Shown here piece by piece: positions 1 to 13,072 of a stretch of DNA of 64,000 nucleotides; position 1 is the stretch's first letter, and every line of letters starts with the position of its first letter. The position numbers and the translations under genes were made by a program. The notes under the pieces were generated by a model. The model saw only the letters and a list, made by a program, of their open reading frames with translations, ran no database searches and was not told the origin of the DNA. Source of the stretch: Torpedo marmorata (lineage: Eukaryota); contig OZ360221.1 in assembly GCA_977017645.1 (NCBI GenBank), positions 135,532,001 to 135,596,000 of the forward strand, in the 5' to 3' direction.

Positions 1-1710
1 ATTAAATTATTTACCATTATTTATCAAAATTAAAAAAGATTTAGAGAGTTGGAAGGATTTACCTATAACTTTAATGGGATGGTTAAATTGTATCAAAATG
101 AAGGTTTTTTCCAAGAATTCAATATATTTTTCAATCAATACCTTATGAAATCCCTCAAAAATGTTTTAAAGATTTAAATTTAATTATTAGGAAGTTTCTG
201 TGGAAAGGAAAGTTGGCTAGAGTAGGTATAGAGAAATTAACTTGGAATTATGAAATAGGTGGTTTACAACTTCCTAATTTTCAAAATTATTATAAAGCAG
301 CTCAATTAAAATTTGTTAATGAATTTTTTGATTTAACTAAGTCTTCTGCTTGGATTAGAATAGAATTAAATAATATAGTAGAAGATTTCAAAGAAGAAGT
401 TATTTATAAATGGAATTCTAAATTAATATTAACAAGAAGGAAGAACTCTCCTATTTTTAAACATTTGTTAGAAATATGGAATAGAGTGGATAGGGAAATA
501 GGAGGAAAAGGGTTGATTTCTCCAAAAATGCCTCTATTTCAAAATGAACATTCCATTTACTGTTGATAATCAATTATTTAAAATTTGGTTTCAAAAAGGA
601 ATTAAGAAAATAAATGACTGTTTTGAAGCTGGTAAATTTATTACCTTTCAAAGAATGAAAGATAAGTTCAATATATTGGATAATACACATTTTGCTTATT
701 ATCAAATTAGAGCATTTTTAGTTGGGAAATTAGGTTATAATTTGATTTTACCAAGACAGAGTGAGTTAGAATTATTAGTTACTAATGGAGGTATAAATAA
801 ATTTATTTCCCAAATGTATAGATTGTTTCAGAGAAAAATGCCTAAAGTAGGAATTCATAAATCAAGATTAAAATGGGAATCAGATTTGAATGTAACAATA
901 GATGAAGATCATTGGAAAGAATTATGTAAACTAAGTATGACGAAGATTATTAACGTTAGATATAGATTAGTTCAATATAATTTTTTTCATCAATTATATT
1001 TAACGCCTAAAAAATTAAAGACATTTAACGCGACATTATCAGGCTTATGTTTTAGATGTAATAGAGAGGAAGGTTCTTTTGTACATTCTACATGGTTTTG
1101 TCCAAAGGTTTATGATTTTTGATTGAAAGTTAAAAAGGTTTTAAAGTATTAAAAATTACATTCCCAATGGACCCTATGATATTTTTATTAGGAGATATTA
1201 AAAGAGTTAGTATTAAGATGAAATTAAATATGTATCAAATAGAATTTTTGCGAATTGCTTTAGCTATTTCTAAGAAGTGTATTGCTATTACTTGGAAATG
1301 TGATGTAGATTTAGGGTTAGAAAGATGGCATGCAGAACTTCGTTCTTGTATACCACTTGAAAAAATTACTTATAATTTACGTAATAAATATCATTTCTTT
1401 TTGAAAATATGGAGCCCTTATATGAAGGTTGTTGGTTTAAGGATTTGAAGATCTCTGGACATTGGATCTGACTGGCGAACCTATCCTCCATAATAAAATT
1501 ATTTATAGATGTATTTTTTAGATTGACATTCTCCTAATACTATCTTTTTCTTTCTTTCTTTTTATCTTTATTAGATTAGAAGTGGTCAGAGGGTTAGGGA
1601 GGGGAGGGAGGCAGGGGGGTTGAAAATGTATCACATGTAGTTTGACAATTTTATATTTTATCTTATGTATTTTGTGATTTAAAATTTTAAATAAAATATT
1701 TTTTAAAAAA
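1..1710 (+). mobile_element. L1-clade LINE, 3' part of ORF2 (frameshifted) plus 3' UTR and A-tail
   Basis: ORFs 213-566, 544-1122 and 1167-1448 are near-copies of the C-terminus of ORF2 at 30607-34401 (GGLQLPNFQNYYKAAQL, CFRC..HSTWFCP zinc knuckle). Ends with AATAAA and an A-rich tail. Confidence 0.93.
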
Positions 1711-2003
1711 GCAAGTGTAAGCAAATGGAAAAGAATTTAAGCGAACAAACTTCCATAGCAGATATCTGAACCCAGATGTCAAAGACAATAAAAGGGGCCA
1801 GGTTTACATCAGAGTTGAAAGAACCAAGAGGAGATGGGGACTGGAAGTATTGCAGAACTAGTGAAGGGCTAGGCTAAGCAATGCAGCAATATCTATTTAC
1901 ATTGGCTTTGCTGAACAATGATCTCCCTCTGAAAAATGCATGTATGCTTTGCTTAACTTTCACATTGTTTTTGTGTGGAAGTTTTTTGAAAAGATTCACA
2001 ATA

Positions 2004-2479
2004 CAGGTTTCCCCCGCTATCCGAAAGTAGAGCGTTCCTATGAAACCTTTCGTAAGCCGAAATGGCGTAAAACGAAGAAGCAATTACCATTAATTTATAC
2101 GGGAAAAATTTTTGAGCGTTCCCAGACCCAAAAAATAACCTATCAAATCATACCAGATTCATCTAACGGATGCACAAAATAAATCGAAATAAAGCACAGA
2201 TGCTCACAGACACAGTTCAAAGCCATGGCGGCTTGATGCTGAGTGTAGTTCCCAGGGAAGGAGCTTGGTGGCGCCACTCTCGCTGCTCGAGGTGCCCGCT
2301 GCCTCTATAACGGCTAGCTGCAAAACAAACGATGAACGCTATTTTTGCTTTTCACCTTTTTTCGTAAAAGCGAAAATCCTCTTCGGATTTCTTTCAGTTA
2401 GCAAAAACAGGTACTAATGTATGTCTTTCGTAAAAGCGAAGTGGCGTAAAGTGAACTTTCGAAAAGCGGGGGATACCTG
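2004..2479. mobile_element. Non-autonomous Tc1/mariner (Tigger/pogo-like) MITE
   Basis: Imperfect TIRs: CAGGTTTCCCCCGCTATCCGAAAGT and ACTTTCGAAAAGCGGGGGATACCTG. TA dinucleotides flank both ends (2002-2003, 2480-2481). Confidence 0.85.
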
Positions 2480-2904
2480 TACTCCCAAGTTTGAAGACTT
2501 TTAGCAAAACACAATCTAATGGAGGAACTCAGCAGGTTGAGCGGCGTAAGTGGGAGAACAAAAAGTGTTGATGTTTCAGACCAGAACCCTTCATCAAGAC
2601 TCTGAATGAGAAGTAGTTTACATCTGTCAACTCTTTAAAAAAACCAAAGCTCGATTCTAAAATAAAAACAGAAATGTTGAAAATACTCGTGAGGTCAGGC
2701 AGCATCTATGAAAAGACAGACAAAGGTTCTGTGACCTGAAATTTTAATTCTGTTTCTCTTATTATAGATCCTCTCTGACCTGCGAGAATGTTTCCAACAT
2801 TTTCTGTTTCTCTTTATTCTGCATTGAAGTATTAAGATTCAAGGAGTTAATACTGCTCATAGTTAGTCTATTACTTTATTCACAGTTACCTTGTTACAGA
2901 GTTA

Positions 2905-3181
2905 GTAAAAACACAAAAATGCTGGAGGAACTCAACAGGTCACGCAACATCCATAGGAGGTAAAGACATATAACAAATATTTCTGGCCTGAGGGAGGAGC
3001 GAAAACCAGGCAGACGCCCGAATAAAAAGTCTGGGGGAGGAGGGAAGAGAACAAGGAGGAGCACTGGCAAACAGGCAAAAGGCCATAATTGGACATGGAT
3101 AGGAGAGGAAAGGTGAGAGTTGAACGAGGAGGGGATGGCTCTGTGAATGCAGAGCTGGACGAAAAGTGACAGAGGGAAAGG

Positions 3182-3213
<32 letters not shown>

Positions 3214-3290
3214 AGATAGTGGAAGGGGAGAGACTGGGGGAAGGGCGGGAGGGGGCTAACGGAAACTGGAGGTCAATGTTAATGCCATTG
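2905..3290 (-). mobile_element. Penelope-like element 3' end (pLTR/tail), inverted against the adjacent body
   Basis: Reverse-complement similarity to the Penelope tail at ~12660-13070 (TGCTGGAGGAACTCA..AGGTCA motif). An inverted tail abutting the body is typical of Penelope insertions. Confidence 0.65.
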
Positions 3291-4672
3291 TCGCAAACTC
3301 TCGCCCAAGCCACCCTAGCCCCGGTGGCCGACATGGCCAAGCCTCCATCGTGAACTCTCAACCTGGCCTCTAAATCCCTCCCCCTCCCCCCTCTGACTTT
3401 CCCAACACTCCCCTTCCTCCCTTGGATCCATCCACCCTCCACCTCCTGATCCACCCCATCCCCTGACAACCTCCACCCCATTGACCCCCCCACTCCAGCC
3501 CCTGCCTGATCTTTACCATCCTCTCTGACCTTCCCCTCTCAGATACAGAACGTTCTATCCTCAGTAGAGGCCTCACCTTCGACCTCTTTGCCCATGATGC
3601 CAAACTCTTCTTCCCTTGGCTCCGTCTCTGTGCCTACTTCTTTCATCAGGATTCTCCAACCCAACTACAGACCCCTTCTCCCAATTTATACCTTTTTCTT
3701 CCTCTTGGGCACCGTGTTCTGGTCTTCTGCCCGCTCTGGATCGTTACATTTCTAACTGCCGCCGAAACATCAAGCATCTTGACTTCACCACTCCCCTCAC
3801 TTATTTTAATTTTAACCCCTCGGAACGCTCTGCCCTCCTCTCTCTCTGCACCAATCCCAACCTCATTATCAAACCCCTAGACAAGGGTGGCACTGTTGTT
3901 GTCTGGTGAGCTGGCTTTTATCTGGCCGAAGCAAAATGGCAGCTTTCAAACACCTCCTTTTACTTTCCCTTTCAACAGGACCCCACCAAAACTCATCAAA
4001 CCATTCTCTCATGCACGATCTCTGACCTCATCACTTCCCGTCATCTCCCTTCCACGACCTTCAACCTCTGTTTCCCAACCCCGCACTGCCTGGTTCCACC
4101 TCTTACCCAGGATCCACAAATCCAATTGTCCCAGCAGACCCATTGTTTCTGTGTGCTCCTGCCCCACCGAACTGATATCCGCTTAACTCGATTCAGTTTT
4201 GTCTCCCCTGGTCGAGTCCCTTCCCACCTACATCCGCAATACTTCATATGCCCTCTCTGGTGACATACCAAATCTCTTCCAACTCCCAATGACATATAGC
4301 CGCTGGCGTGCCTTCTTCATGATTGCATCACATAATGGCCCCAGGATAGGTCTTTAGAGATGTTGACACCCATATCAACAACTTCCAGTTCCCTGAACTC
4401 GACTGCCTCATCTTCACCATGGACATCCAATTGCTATAAATCTCTATCCCTCATACTGAAGGCCTCAAAACCCTTTGTTTCTTCCTCGATAACAGACCCA
4501 ACCAGTCCCCCTCCAGCACCATCCTCCTCTGCCTGGCAGAATTCGTCCGCACCCTAAATAACTTCTCCCTTGACTCATCCCACTATCTACAAGTCAAAGG
4601 GGTAACTATGGGTACACACATGTGCCCCAACTATGCCTGTGTTTTTGTTGGCTAAGTGGAGCAATCCATGCT
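3291..4672 (+). mobile_element. Degenerate Penelope-like element, RT N-terminal half
   Basis: Peptides NPNLIIKPLDKGGTVVVW, LLPRIHKSNCPSRPIVS and GVTMGTHMCPNYA match PLE RT motifs (IKPADKG, LPKIHK, RPIVS, G.AMG...P.YA). A small minus-strand Rex fragment interrupts at ~4260-4375. Confidence 0.8.
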
Positions 4673-4880
4673 GGAAGAAGAAGAATGAAGAGGACGAATG
4701 AAGAAGAATCAGGTTTATTGTCATGAACATGTGTTATGAAATATGTAGTTTTGTGGCAGCAGTATTGTGCATTACAGGTGCAAAATTGCTATAAATTAGA
4801 AGATTTAAATTAGTGCAAAAAAGAGAAAAAATGTGAGCTTGTGTCTCTCGGGGTCTCTAGGTTCATTGTCTGTTCAGAAA

Positions 4881-5417
4881 TAGACCAAAGTTGAAGTTAT
4901 CAACATACCAACCGAAATTTGTAAAAATTGCTTTAGCAGTAGCAAGGAAGTGTATAGCAGTAACTTGGAAATCAGATACAAATTTAGGTATGGATAGATG
5001 GAATATAGAGATGCGGAGTTGTATCCCACTGGAAAAAATAACATATAATATGAGAAATAAATATGGGGTCTTTTTGCAAATTTGGCGTCCATATATCCAA
5101 TCATTAGGTATGAATATTTAAATGTGTTGCTCTACATCCTAGACCCTGTTGACTCTCTCAAATTTAAATAATAAAAATACTGTTGAATACCATGCGTCGA
5201 GCTGTGGACCCAGCAGCGATCCGTACAGATGTTTTTAATAAGTAATACTAATGCCTTCTTTTCTGTTTTCTTTTTAGTTTTTTAGTAAGGGGAGGGAATT
5301 AAAGGGAGGGGAAGGGTGAGATACACTATGTAATACAAATTATGTTTTTTTATTTACTGGAATTAATAATGAATATTATATACATTGTATTACTGTGTAA
5401 AAAATTTAAAAATTTAA
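4881..5417 (+). mobile_element. 5'-truncated L1-clade fragment (different subfamily) inside the Rex 3' region
   Basis: ORF 4891-5121 (ALAVARKCIAVTWKSD..CIPLEKITY) matches the L1 ORF2 C-terminus, followed by a distinct 3' UTR, AATAAA and A-tail. Confidence 0.85.
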
Positions 5418-7750
5418 AATAAAATATTTTTAAAAAATGTGATAGCAGAGGGCAAGAAGCTGATTTTGTAACATTGGGTATTATCTTCAGGTGCCTGTAC
5501 CTCCTTTCTGCGGTAGCAGTGTGAAGAGGGCATGGCCTGGGTGGTGAGGGTCCTTGAGGATAGAGGCTGCTTTCTTGAGACACCGCCTCTTGTAGATGTC
5601 CTTAATGGAGTGAAGACTAATGCCCATTATGACAATGGCCGAGTTCACAATTCTCTGTAGCCTTCTCCTGTCCATCAGCACCTCTGTACCAGACAGTGAT
5701 CAACCAGTCAGAATGCTCTCCACGGTACACCTGTAGAAAGAGTCCTTGGTGACGTACCAAATCTCCTCGAACTCCCAATGAAATATAGCCGCCTGCGTGC
5801 TTTCTTCATGATTGAATTGACATGATGGCGCCAGGAGAGTTCTTCAGGGATGTTGACACCCAGGAATTTGAAGTTCCTTACCATCTCCACTGCTGACCCC
5901 TCGCTGAGGACTGGTTTATGATCCCCTGGTTTCCCCTTCTTGAAGTCCATAATCAATTCCTTAGTTTTGCTAATGTTGAGTGCAAGGTTGTTGTTGTGAT
6001 ACCATTCAACTGGTTGATCTATCTCACTCCTGTACGCTTCCTCATTGCCGTCTGTGATTCTGCCAACAACAGTGGTGTCATCGGCAAATATGTAGACAGC
6101 ATTTAAATTGTGTCCAGCCACACAGTCATGGGTGCAGAGGTAGTAGAGCAGTGGGCTAAGCACGCATCCTTGAGGTGCGCCTGGGTTGATTGTCATTGAG
6201 GAGGAGTTGTTGTTACCAATCCACACTGACTATGGTCTTCGGATGAGGAAGTCAAGCATCCAGTTGCAGAGGGAGATACAGAGGCCTCGGTTTTGAAGCT
6301 TGCTGACAAGTACTTAGGGGATGATAGTGTTGAAAGCAGAGCTGCAATCGATGAAAAGTAGCCTGATGTAAGTGTTGCTGTTGTCCAGGTGATTGAGGGC
6401 TGAGTGGAAAGCCAGTGAGATTGCATTCGCTGTGGAACAATTGTGGTAGTAGGCAAATTGCAATGGGTCAAGTTCTTTTCTTAGGTACGAGTTAATTCTG
6501 GCCATGACCAATCTCTCAAAGCATTTCATCACAGTAGATGTGAGTGCTACTGGGTGATAGTCATTGAGGCAGCTCACTCTGCTCTTCTTGGGCACCGGTA
6601 TGATTGATGCCCTTTTGAAGCAGGTGGGAACCTCCGACTGCAGCAGTGAGAGATTAAAAATTTCTGTGAACACTCCAGATAGTTGGTTGGCGCAGATTTT
6701 CAGTACCCTGCCAGGTACACCATCAGGGCCTGACGCCTTAAGAGGGTTCACCCTCTTGAAAGATGTTCTGACGCTGACCTCTGGAACAGATACCACAGGG
6801 TTGCCAGCTTATGCAGGGATTCTCAATGGTGCAGTTGAATTCTCCTTTTCAAAGTGATCATAAAAGGTGTTCAGTTCATTGGGGAGTGAAGCATTACAGC
6901 CATTTATGATGTTAGGCTTCACCTTGTAGGATATAATGGCCATAGCAGCTGGCGAGTATCTGATTCTGTTTCTAACTTCAATCAGAATTGCCACTTTGCT
7001 GTTAAGATAACTTTCCGTTGGTCATACCTGGACTTCCTGTAGAGATCTGGATCACCAGTCTTAACCTCAGCAGGTTGTGAATCTTTTGATTCATCCACGG
7101 CTTTTGGTTGGGGTACTCACAGTATCCAGCCCTCGATCACCTGGACAACAGCAACTCATCCACAGAGGTTCTGATGAAATCGGTGACAGCTGTGGCACAG
7201 TCATTCAAGTTTGAAGATAAATCCTGGAATATGTTCCAGTCCACTGACTCAAAGCAGTCCTGCAGGCGCTCACCCGCCTCTCTTGACCATACTTTCACCG
7301 TCTTCACTACTGGTGCTGTAGTCCTCAGTCTCTGCTTGTACGCCGGGAGAAGTACAGCCAAGTGATCAGACTTGCCGAAGTGCAGGCGTGGGATGGCATG
7401 GTAGGTGTTCTTGATGGTGGTGTAGCAGTGGTCAATTATGTTGGCTCCTCTGGTTGCACAGGTAATACGTTGGTGATAGTTTGTCAGAGATTTCTTCAGG
7501 CTGGCCTGGTTGAAGTCCCACACAATGATCGTGAAGGCATCAGGGTATGCTGTCTCCAGGCTGCTGATTACAGTTCTCAGCCCCTCCAGTACCAGCCTGA
7601 TGTACGCCTGGGGCGGAATGTACACTGCAACCAGGATGATTGTGGAGAACTCTCTCAGTAGATAGAATGAAAGACACAATAGCCACATGATCCAGGTCGG
7701 GGGAGCAGGACTGGGACATGACCATTACGTTTGTGCACTATAATGAATCA

Positions 7751-8698
7751 TTGTATTTGACAGCACATAAGACCGCCCTTTTATTCCCCAAATATCGCCT
7801 CAAAAACCACCCCTGGTCTTATACGTGAAGGTGACATTTTGGTGCCGCCATTTTTGGCACCGAGTGGAGTCCAGGAAGCGGGCCCGCAGCTTCACGCACC
7901 ACCTTCCCTTGGGTGGCCCGTGCTTTCCGGAGTCTCCGCCACCGCCGCTCACTTCCACCGGTAAGAAGGCTCGCTCTCTCCCTCCTTCCCGCCCGCTCTC
8001 TCCCTCCCGTTCGCTCTCCCTCCCCACCCGCTCGCTTTCTCCCCGCCCGTTCGCTCTCCCCACCCGCCCGCTCTTCCCGCCCTCACCCGCCCCTGCTCGC
8101 TACCCGCCCTCGCCCACTCGCTCGCCCTCACCCTCTCGCCCTCTTTCGCTCTCACCAACAGTACTTTGAGGGGAGTGCTGGGCCTCGATGATCAGCCTTT
8201 GTTCGACAAGCACGGACCCTTGAGCAAATTGAATGAGGCGCGGGGGCGAGTGGCAGTGAGCAAGTGGCCTGTCAAGCTCAGCTCAATAGGCCGCTGGCTC
8301 ACTGCCACCCACCCCTCTTTCAATCTGTCCGGGGGGCCGTGCGCGTCGAACAAGAGCTCAGCATGGAGCCTGATCACCGAGGCCCAGCGCTCCCCTCAAA
8401 GCAAAGCAAGCGATTGATTGTCAGCTCCCCGCGACGTTGGGCCTGGGCCCTGCCCATTGTTCTGGCTTCTCTCCCTCCCACCCTCGCGCGCCTGCAGGTC
8501 CCGGCACACCTGTCAATCAATTAGCGTTTGGACGGTGGGGGGAAGCAGCCTGAGCCTCGGCGTGTGGCGGGCAGGAGGACGTGTTGCTGCTGTGAAGGTA
8601 AATACACTAAAACAATTTTTTCCTGAAATCTCACGCTAAAAATGGGGGAGGGGGGGGAATCCTATATGTCAGTGGGTCCTATATGCCGTCAAATACAG
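7751..8698. mobile_element. Non-autonomous Tc1/mariner (Tc2/pogo-like) DNA transposon with GC-rich interior
   Basis: Imperfect TIRs: TTGTATTTGACAGCACATAAG and CCTATATGCCGTCAAATACAG. TA follows the right end, CA precedes the left. It interrupts the Rex APE region. Confidence 0.75.
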
Positions 8699-9226
8699 TA
8701 ACGATGAAGCGAACGCCGCCGCCTCTGCCTTTACCTGACACCGGTGTCAGTCCGCACATTGGAAGGTGAAGCCCTCAGACTACAGAGCTCTGTCCGAAAT
8801 GCTTTCATTCAGCCATGTCTCAGTGAAACACATCACACAGCAATCCCTGATGTCGTTCTGCTGCTTTAAATTCGGAGTTCATCAAGTTTATTTTCTAAAG
8901 ACTGTACAGTACATAGGCCGGGAAGATGGTAGGGAGTGGAGGCCTCAGGGCCCCGCGTTTTAGTTTAACCTGTCGCTGCCCTGCTCCTCTGCGTCCATTT
9001 GTTTGAATCTTCCTTAAAGGTCCCATGGGCCGGCTGCCTGAATCGCCCGCGTTCCGCCGGATTTTGCCGTTTCTGCCAATCACCAAGATTTTCAACACAC
9101 TTAATACAATGTTACAGGTTCATTGGTTTCTGTGGCTGTGGGTTCGAGCTGAAGTAGTTCTAAACGGGAATATTTGAAGATTCCCATCGTAGCTGCAAGC
9201 AAAGAGTTGCCGCTACAAAGCGCCAT

Positions 9227-9868
9227 AGCCTACACAAGTAAGGCTACTCAACTCTTCCCCCACTTCATTGACGACTACATTGGTGCTCGTCGACTTTATC
9301 CACTTTGCTGCCAACTTCCACCACAACATCAAATTCACTTAGTCCATCTCTGGCAGCACTCTTCTCTTTCTCGATCTCTCTGTCTCCATCTTGGGAGACA
9401 AATTCACAACGGACATTTTCCACAAACACACCAACTCCCACAGCCACCTCGACTACACCACTTCATACCCTGTCCCCTGTAAGGATTCCATTCTTTACTC
9501 TCAATTCCTCCATATCTGTCGCATCACCTATCAGGATGAGGTCTTCGACACAAGATCTTCCGAGATGTCCTCCTTCTTCAAAAAAACGTGGCTCCTCTAC
9601 TTCTATTTACTCAGCCCTTACCCATCCTCCATTATCCGCACATCTGCCCTGCCCTCCTCCACCCCAACGTGCAACAAGGGCAGGATTCCCCTTGTCCTCA
9701 CTAACCACCCCACCAGCTTTTGCATCCAACAAATCATCATCCGCCATTATGCCACCTACTAATTGATCCCACCACCAGACACATCTTCCCTTCTCCTCCC
9801 CTCTCCTCCTTCTGCAGGGACAGATCCCTCTGTGATTCCCTTGTCTACTCCTCCCTTCCTACCAATCT
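9227..9868 (+). mobile_element. Penelope-like element, continuation (RT catalytic region and thumb)
   Basis: QLFPHFIDDYIGA (YIDD motif), TDIFHKHTNSHSHLDYTTSYPVPCKDSILYSQFL and GRIPLVLTNHP. Follows collinearly from the 3291-4672 segment. Confidence 0.8.
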
Positions 9869-10815
9869 GATTTGTAGATTTTGGGAAGGGAAAACCAGAG
9901 GTGTACGATCCAGTGATCAATGGGAAATCAGAGGTGGAGAGCATGAGAAAATTGAAATTCCTGGGAGTCACTATCTCGGAGGACCTTTCTGGACCCAACA
10001 TACTAATGTCATCGTGAAGAAAGCACGTCAGCACCTCTACTTCCTCAGGAATTTGCAGAGGTTCAGTAGGACATCGGATACATTGGCAAACTTCTACAGA
10101 TGTATAGTGGAACGTGTGCAGACCAGCTGCATCACGGCGTTGTATGGGGGCACCAATACCTCTGAGCAAGAAAGCCCTACTAAAGGTAGTGGGCTACAGC
10201 CCAGTACATCACAGGCAAAACTCTCCCCACCATTGAGAAAATCTATGTGGAACATTGCAGTCAGAGAGCATCAGCAATCATCAAGGATCCACACCACCCA
10301 GGACATGCTATGTTCTCACTACTGCCATCAGGAAAGAGGTATTGGTGCTACAAGACTTGTATCACAAGTTTCAGTTACAGTTGCTACCCCAACACCATCA
10401 GACTCCTAAACAACAGACTAAGAGACTTTTGAGGACTCTTAGTTTGCACATTATTTATTACTGAATATTGTTTTCTGTATTTGCGCCGTTTGTATTCTGT
10501 ATTTGCAAACTTCCCACGGGCAGTGAGAATGCTGAATGACCAAAGGAACTGCTCACGCTAACCATCCGAGACTCTCATATGTACAAAACAATATTTATTT
10601 ATTTATTTGTATAGATAAAATATTTGTCCTGCATATGTATTGTTTGTCTTTATGTGTGTTATGTTTGGTTGTGTGTCTGCAAGTTTTGCACCGAGGCCCG
10701 GAGAACTCTGGTTTCGTCGGGTTGTACTTGTACAATCAGATGAAAATAAACTTGACTTGTTTACATTTCTTTCTTTGTTTGCATTTCTCTCTTTTGTATA
10801 CATGTATTAGAATAT
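9869..10815 (+). mobile_element. Rex1/Babar-type LINE 3' fragments (two nested 3' ends)
   Basis: KKARQHLYFLR and [23 protein letters not shown] second 3' UTR with (CTTGA)n tail lies at ~10505-10760. Confidence 0.75.
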
Positions 10816-11220
10816 TTCTTACCTGCCATCTCTGCTCACCACCACTCAATCCAGCCCTACTTACCCACCTCCAAACTAATACCCATAGTCACACCTAAAG
10901 AAAGACAACATTATCCAATCCCAAGTCCTTCTAAGAAGTGGAGCAGATTTTGAGTTGCTCGCATAAAGCCAAAGAGCCAAAAGCAAAATGCATCCTCTCC
11001 TCATCTCAGTACAATCCAGAGCCACTGCTAAACTCCACAGCAAGTCCAGCAGCAGAAAAGAAACTCTCGTGCATTATTATATGACCTCCATCTTATCTCT
11101 AACTTTCAAGCAAACCAATGAATATATGTCGTAGAACAGGTAACCAATGGCTCCTGGGAGAACCTCTGCCCACAACAAAGCACAATACTGTCCAATACAT
11201 TGTCATGGAAAAACACTCAT

Positions 11221-11363
11221 CTCTTTGACCAATGTAAATATTTGATTAATTGGTGTCCAGACAAATGACCAAATACAAGATGTTTTTGGTAATTCTCTTT
11301 TAGAATGGGAGATCTAACTTTCTTGAAGATGTATACAGCTTTATTTTTCAATTTTGATGGCAA
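11221..11363 (-). pseudogene. DNAH11: DNAH11 exon 2, apparently inactivated
   Basis: Acceptor TTTTTAAG| then LPSKLKNKAVYIFKKVRSPILKENYQKHLVFGHLSGHQL, aligning to recalled human [48 protein letters not shown] (48 aa). The exon is 143 nt. After a -1 shift it reads QIFTLVKE and is followed by ATGAGT instead of GTGAGT. Synteny with SP4 supports the call. Confidence 0.8.
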
Positions 11364-12382
11364 CTTAAAAATTAAAATATTAGAATGTTTAGTTATTGTC
11401 AATTAATATTTACTGATTTGCATGCCAGTTGATAAACAAGAACAAATGTACAAAATAAACATTGCACACACAGCAGGATCATAAGTTGTGCAATTGTAGT
11501 CTCTCTCCCTCCATGTTTTACCAAGGACATACATCTTTCTTGTAATATTTACTTTGCTTTTCAATATTCTCCTGCTTCTCTTTCTTGTCCTTTTGGTGGC
11601 GCTGTATTAAAATAACATCTCTGTGTACCTTTATAGGGCAAACAAAGGAAAGATCTTTGTGTATTTTGGGTACATGACAATAAATGGAATCTTTAATTTT
11701 GAAATAACACACCATTCACAATGCTAGAGTCACATACTCACCTCTGCTAAATCCCACATTCCCATCACAAATAATATTTTGACAGAATTTTCATGGGCCC
11801 CTCATGTCCCAGTTAACAGAATTCATTTTCTTTGCCATTACTTTCAAATCAGTGCCAAGGCAGAAAGACTTCATCCATGTTATCTTAGTACCTACTTAGC
11901 AGCATAACAGTGAACTGTTTCTGAGTTTTAAGTACTTAGCTCTATTTGTATCACACAAGTGCTAAGTATCACCACCTCCAACAAGTCTCAACACATGACC
12001 TGCACAATTCCCATTCAATGACTTACCACAGTATTCTCCAAAGTAAGGGCATTGGATTCCAATTATCACTGACTAGAATCCTGATTGGACAAGGTTTTTT
12101 TTTAAACATACTGTCAGACCAGAGCCTGGATATTCTTCAGAAGGCAACTTGCTTTCTAACTTCCAATCCCCTTCCACCATCTACAAGCCACAAGTAAAAA
12201 GTGTTACAGAAAATACTCAATTTGCCTTGATAAGTGTGATTCCCACAATAAGTAGCAGAACATCATTCAGGATAAAGAAGCCATTTTATTGATTAGTGCC
12301 TGCATTAGAAATGTTTGCCACAAAAAAATGTGATCATTAAGAACAAGCCAAACCAATTCCAATGGCATTTGATGAGATTACC

Positions 12383-13072
12383 ATTACACCTCCTCCATCA
12401 CCACTATTCAGGGTCACAAACAGTCCTTCCAAGTGAAGCAACACTTCACCTCAATCTGTAGGGATTTATTCATCCTGATGCGGCCTCCTCTACTTCAAGG
12501 AGACTGGACGTAGACTGGGAGATCATTTTATTGAGCACCTTTGCTCCATCTGCTGCAAGCACCTCCCAGTGCCCAACCATTTTAATTCCACACACCATTG
12601 CCACACTAACATGACTCATGTACTGCCAAATCACAGCCACCCGTAAATTGGAAGATTCCATCTCGGCAGTCTCCAACCAAACGACATCAATATCGAGCTC
12701 TAATTTCTGTTATCCCCCTCCCCAGTCTCTCTCTTTCCTTCTCTCCTTTCCTCCAGCTCCCCACCCCTTTTCCTTCCTTCTCCAATCAGAGAGCTACCCT
12801 TCTTAACCCTCTACGCTCCGCTTCTTTTTCTTCTATGCTCCCATTTGTTCTTACCTATTACCTTTTACCTGTTAACAGGTGCTCCTCCCCCTTCCTCCGT
12901 CCTCTCCCCACCTTTTTATTCAGGTATCTACCTGTTTTTCCTGATTCCTGAGGAAAGGCTCAGGCCAGAAACACCGGCTGCCTTTTACTTCCTGTGGATG
13001 CTGCGTGACCTTCTGAGTTTCCCTTGCACTATTGTGCATTGCACTCAACCCCAGCATCTGCAGATTCTCGTT
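12383..13072 (+). mobile_element. Penelope-like element 3' portion (decayed GIY-YIG endonuclease, tail with hammerhead-like motif)
   Basis: TSSITTIQGHKQSFQVKQHF and CGLLY..ETGRRLGDHFIEHL are GIY-YIG motifs. CTGAGGA..GAAAC at ~12948-12972. Confidence 0.75.

Larger units (their letters stand above)
4673..9226 (-). mobile_element. Degenerate near full-length Rex1/Babar-type LINE (APE + RT) splitting the Penelope copy
   Basis: Minus-strand ORFs include 7137-7688 (APE: VYIPP, DFNQA, SDHL), 6314-6796 (KASGPDG, PVALTS) and 5708-6226 (GAPQGCVLSP, FADDT). Penelope sequence resumes at 9227. Confidence 0.85.

Noticed and set aside
1874-2083. Candidate DNAH11 exon 3 (FFRGRSLF)
   Set aside because: No convincing match to the expected ILVPVLSN..W..SQD segment, and the ORF partly overlaps a MITE.
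7800-8191. Pro/Arg/Ser-rich ORFs on both strands
   Set aside because: Products of GC-rich low-complexity sequence inside a MITE.
9868-12383. Idea that the Penelope pieces at 9227-9868 and 12383-13072 are one element
   Set aside because: They are nearly collinear, but DNAH11 exon 2 lies between them. Two independent copies is more parsimonious.
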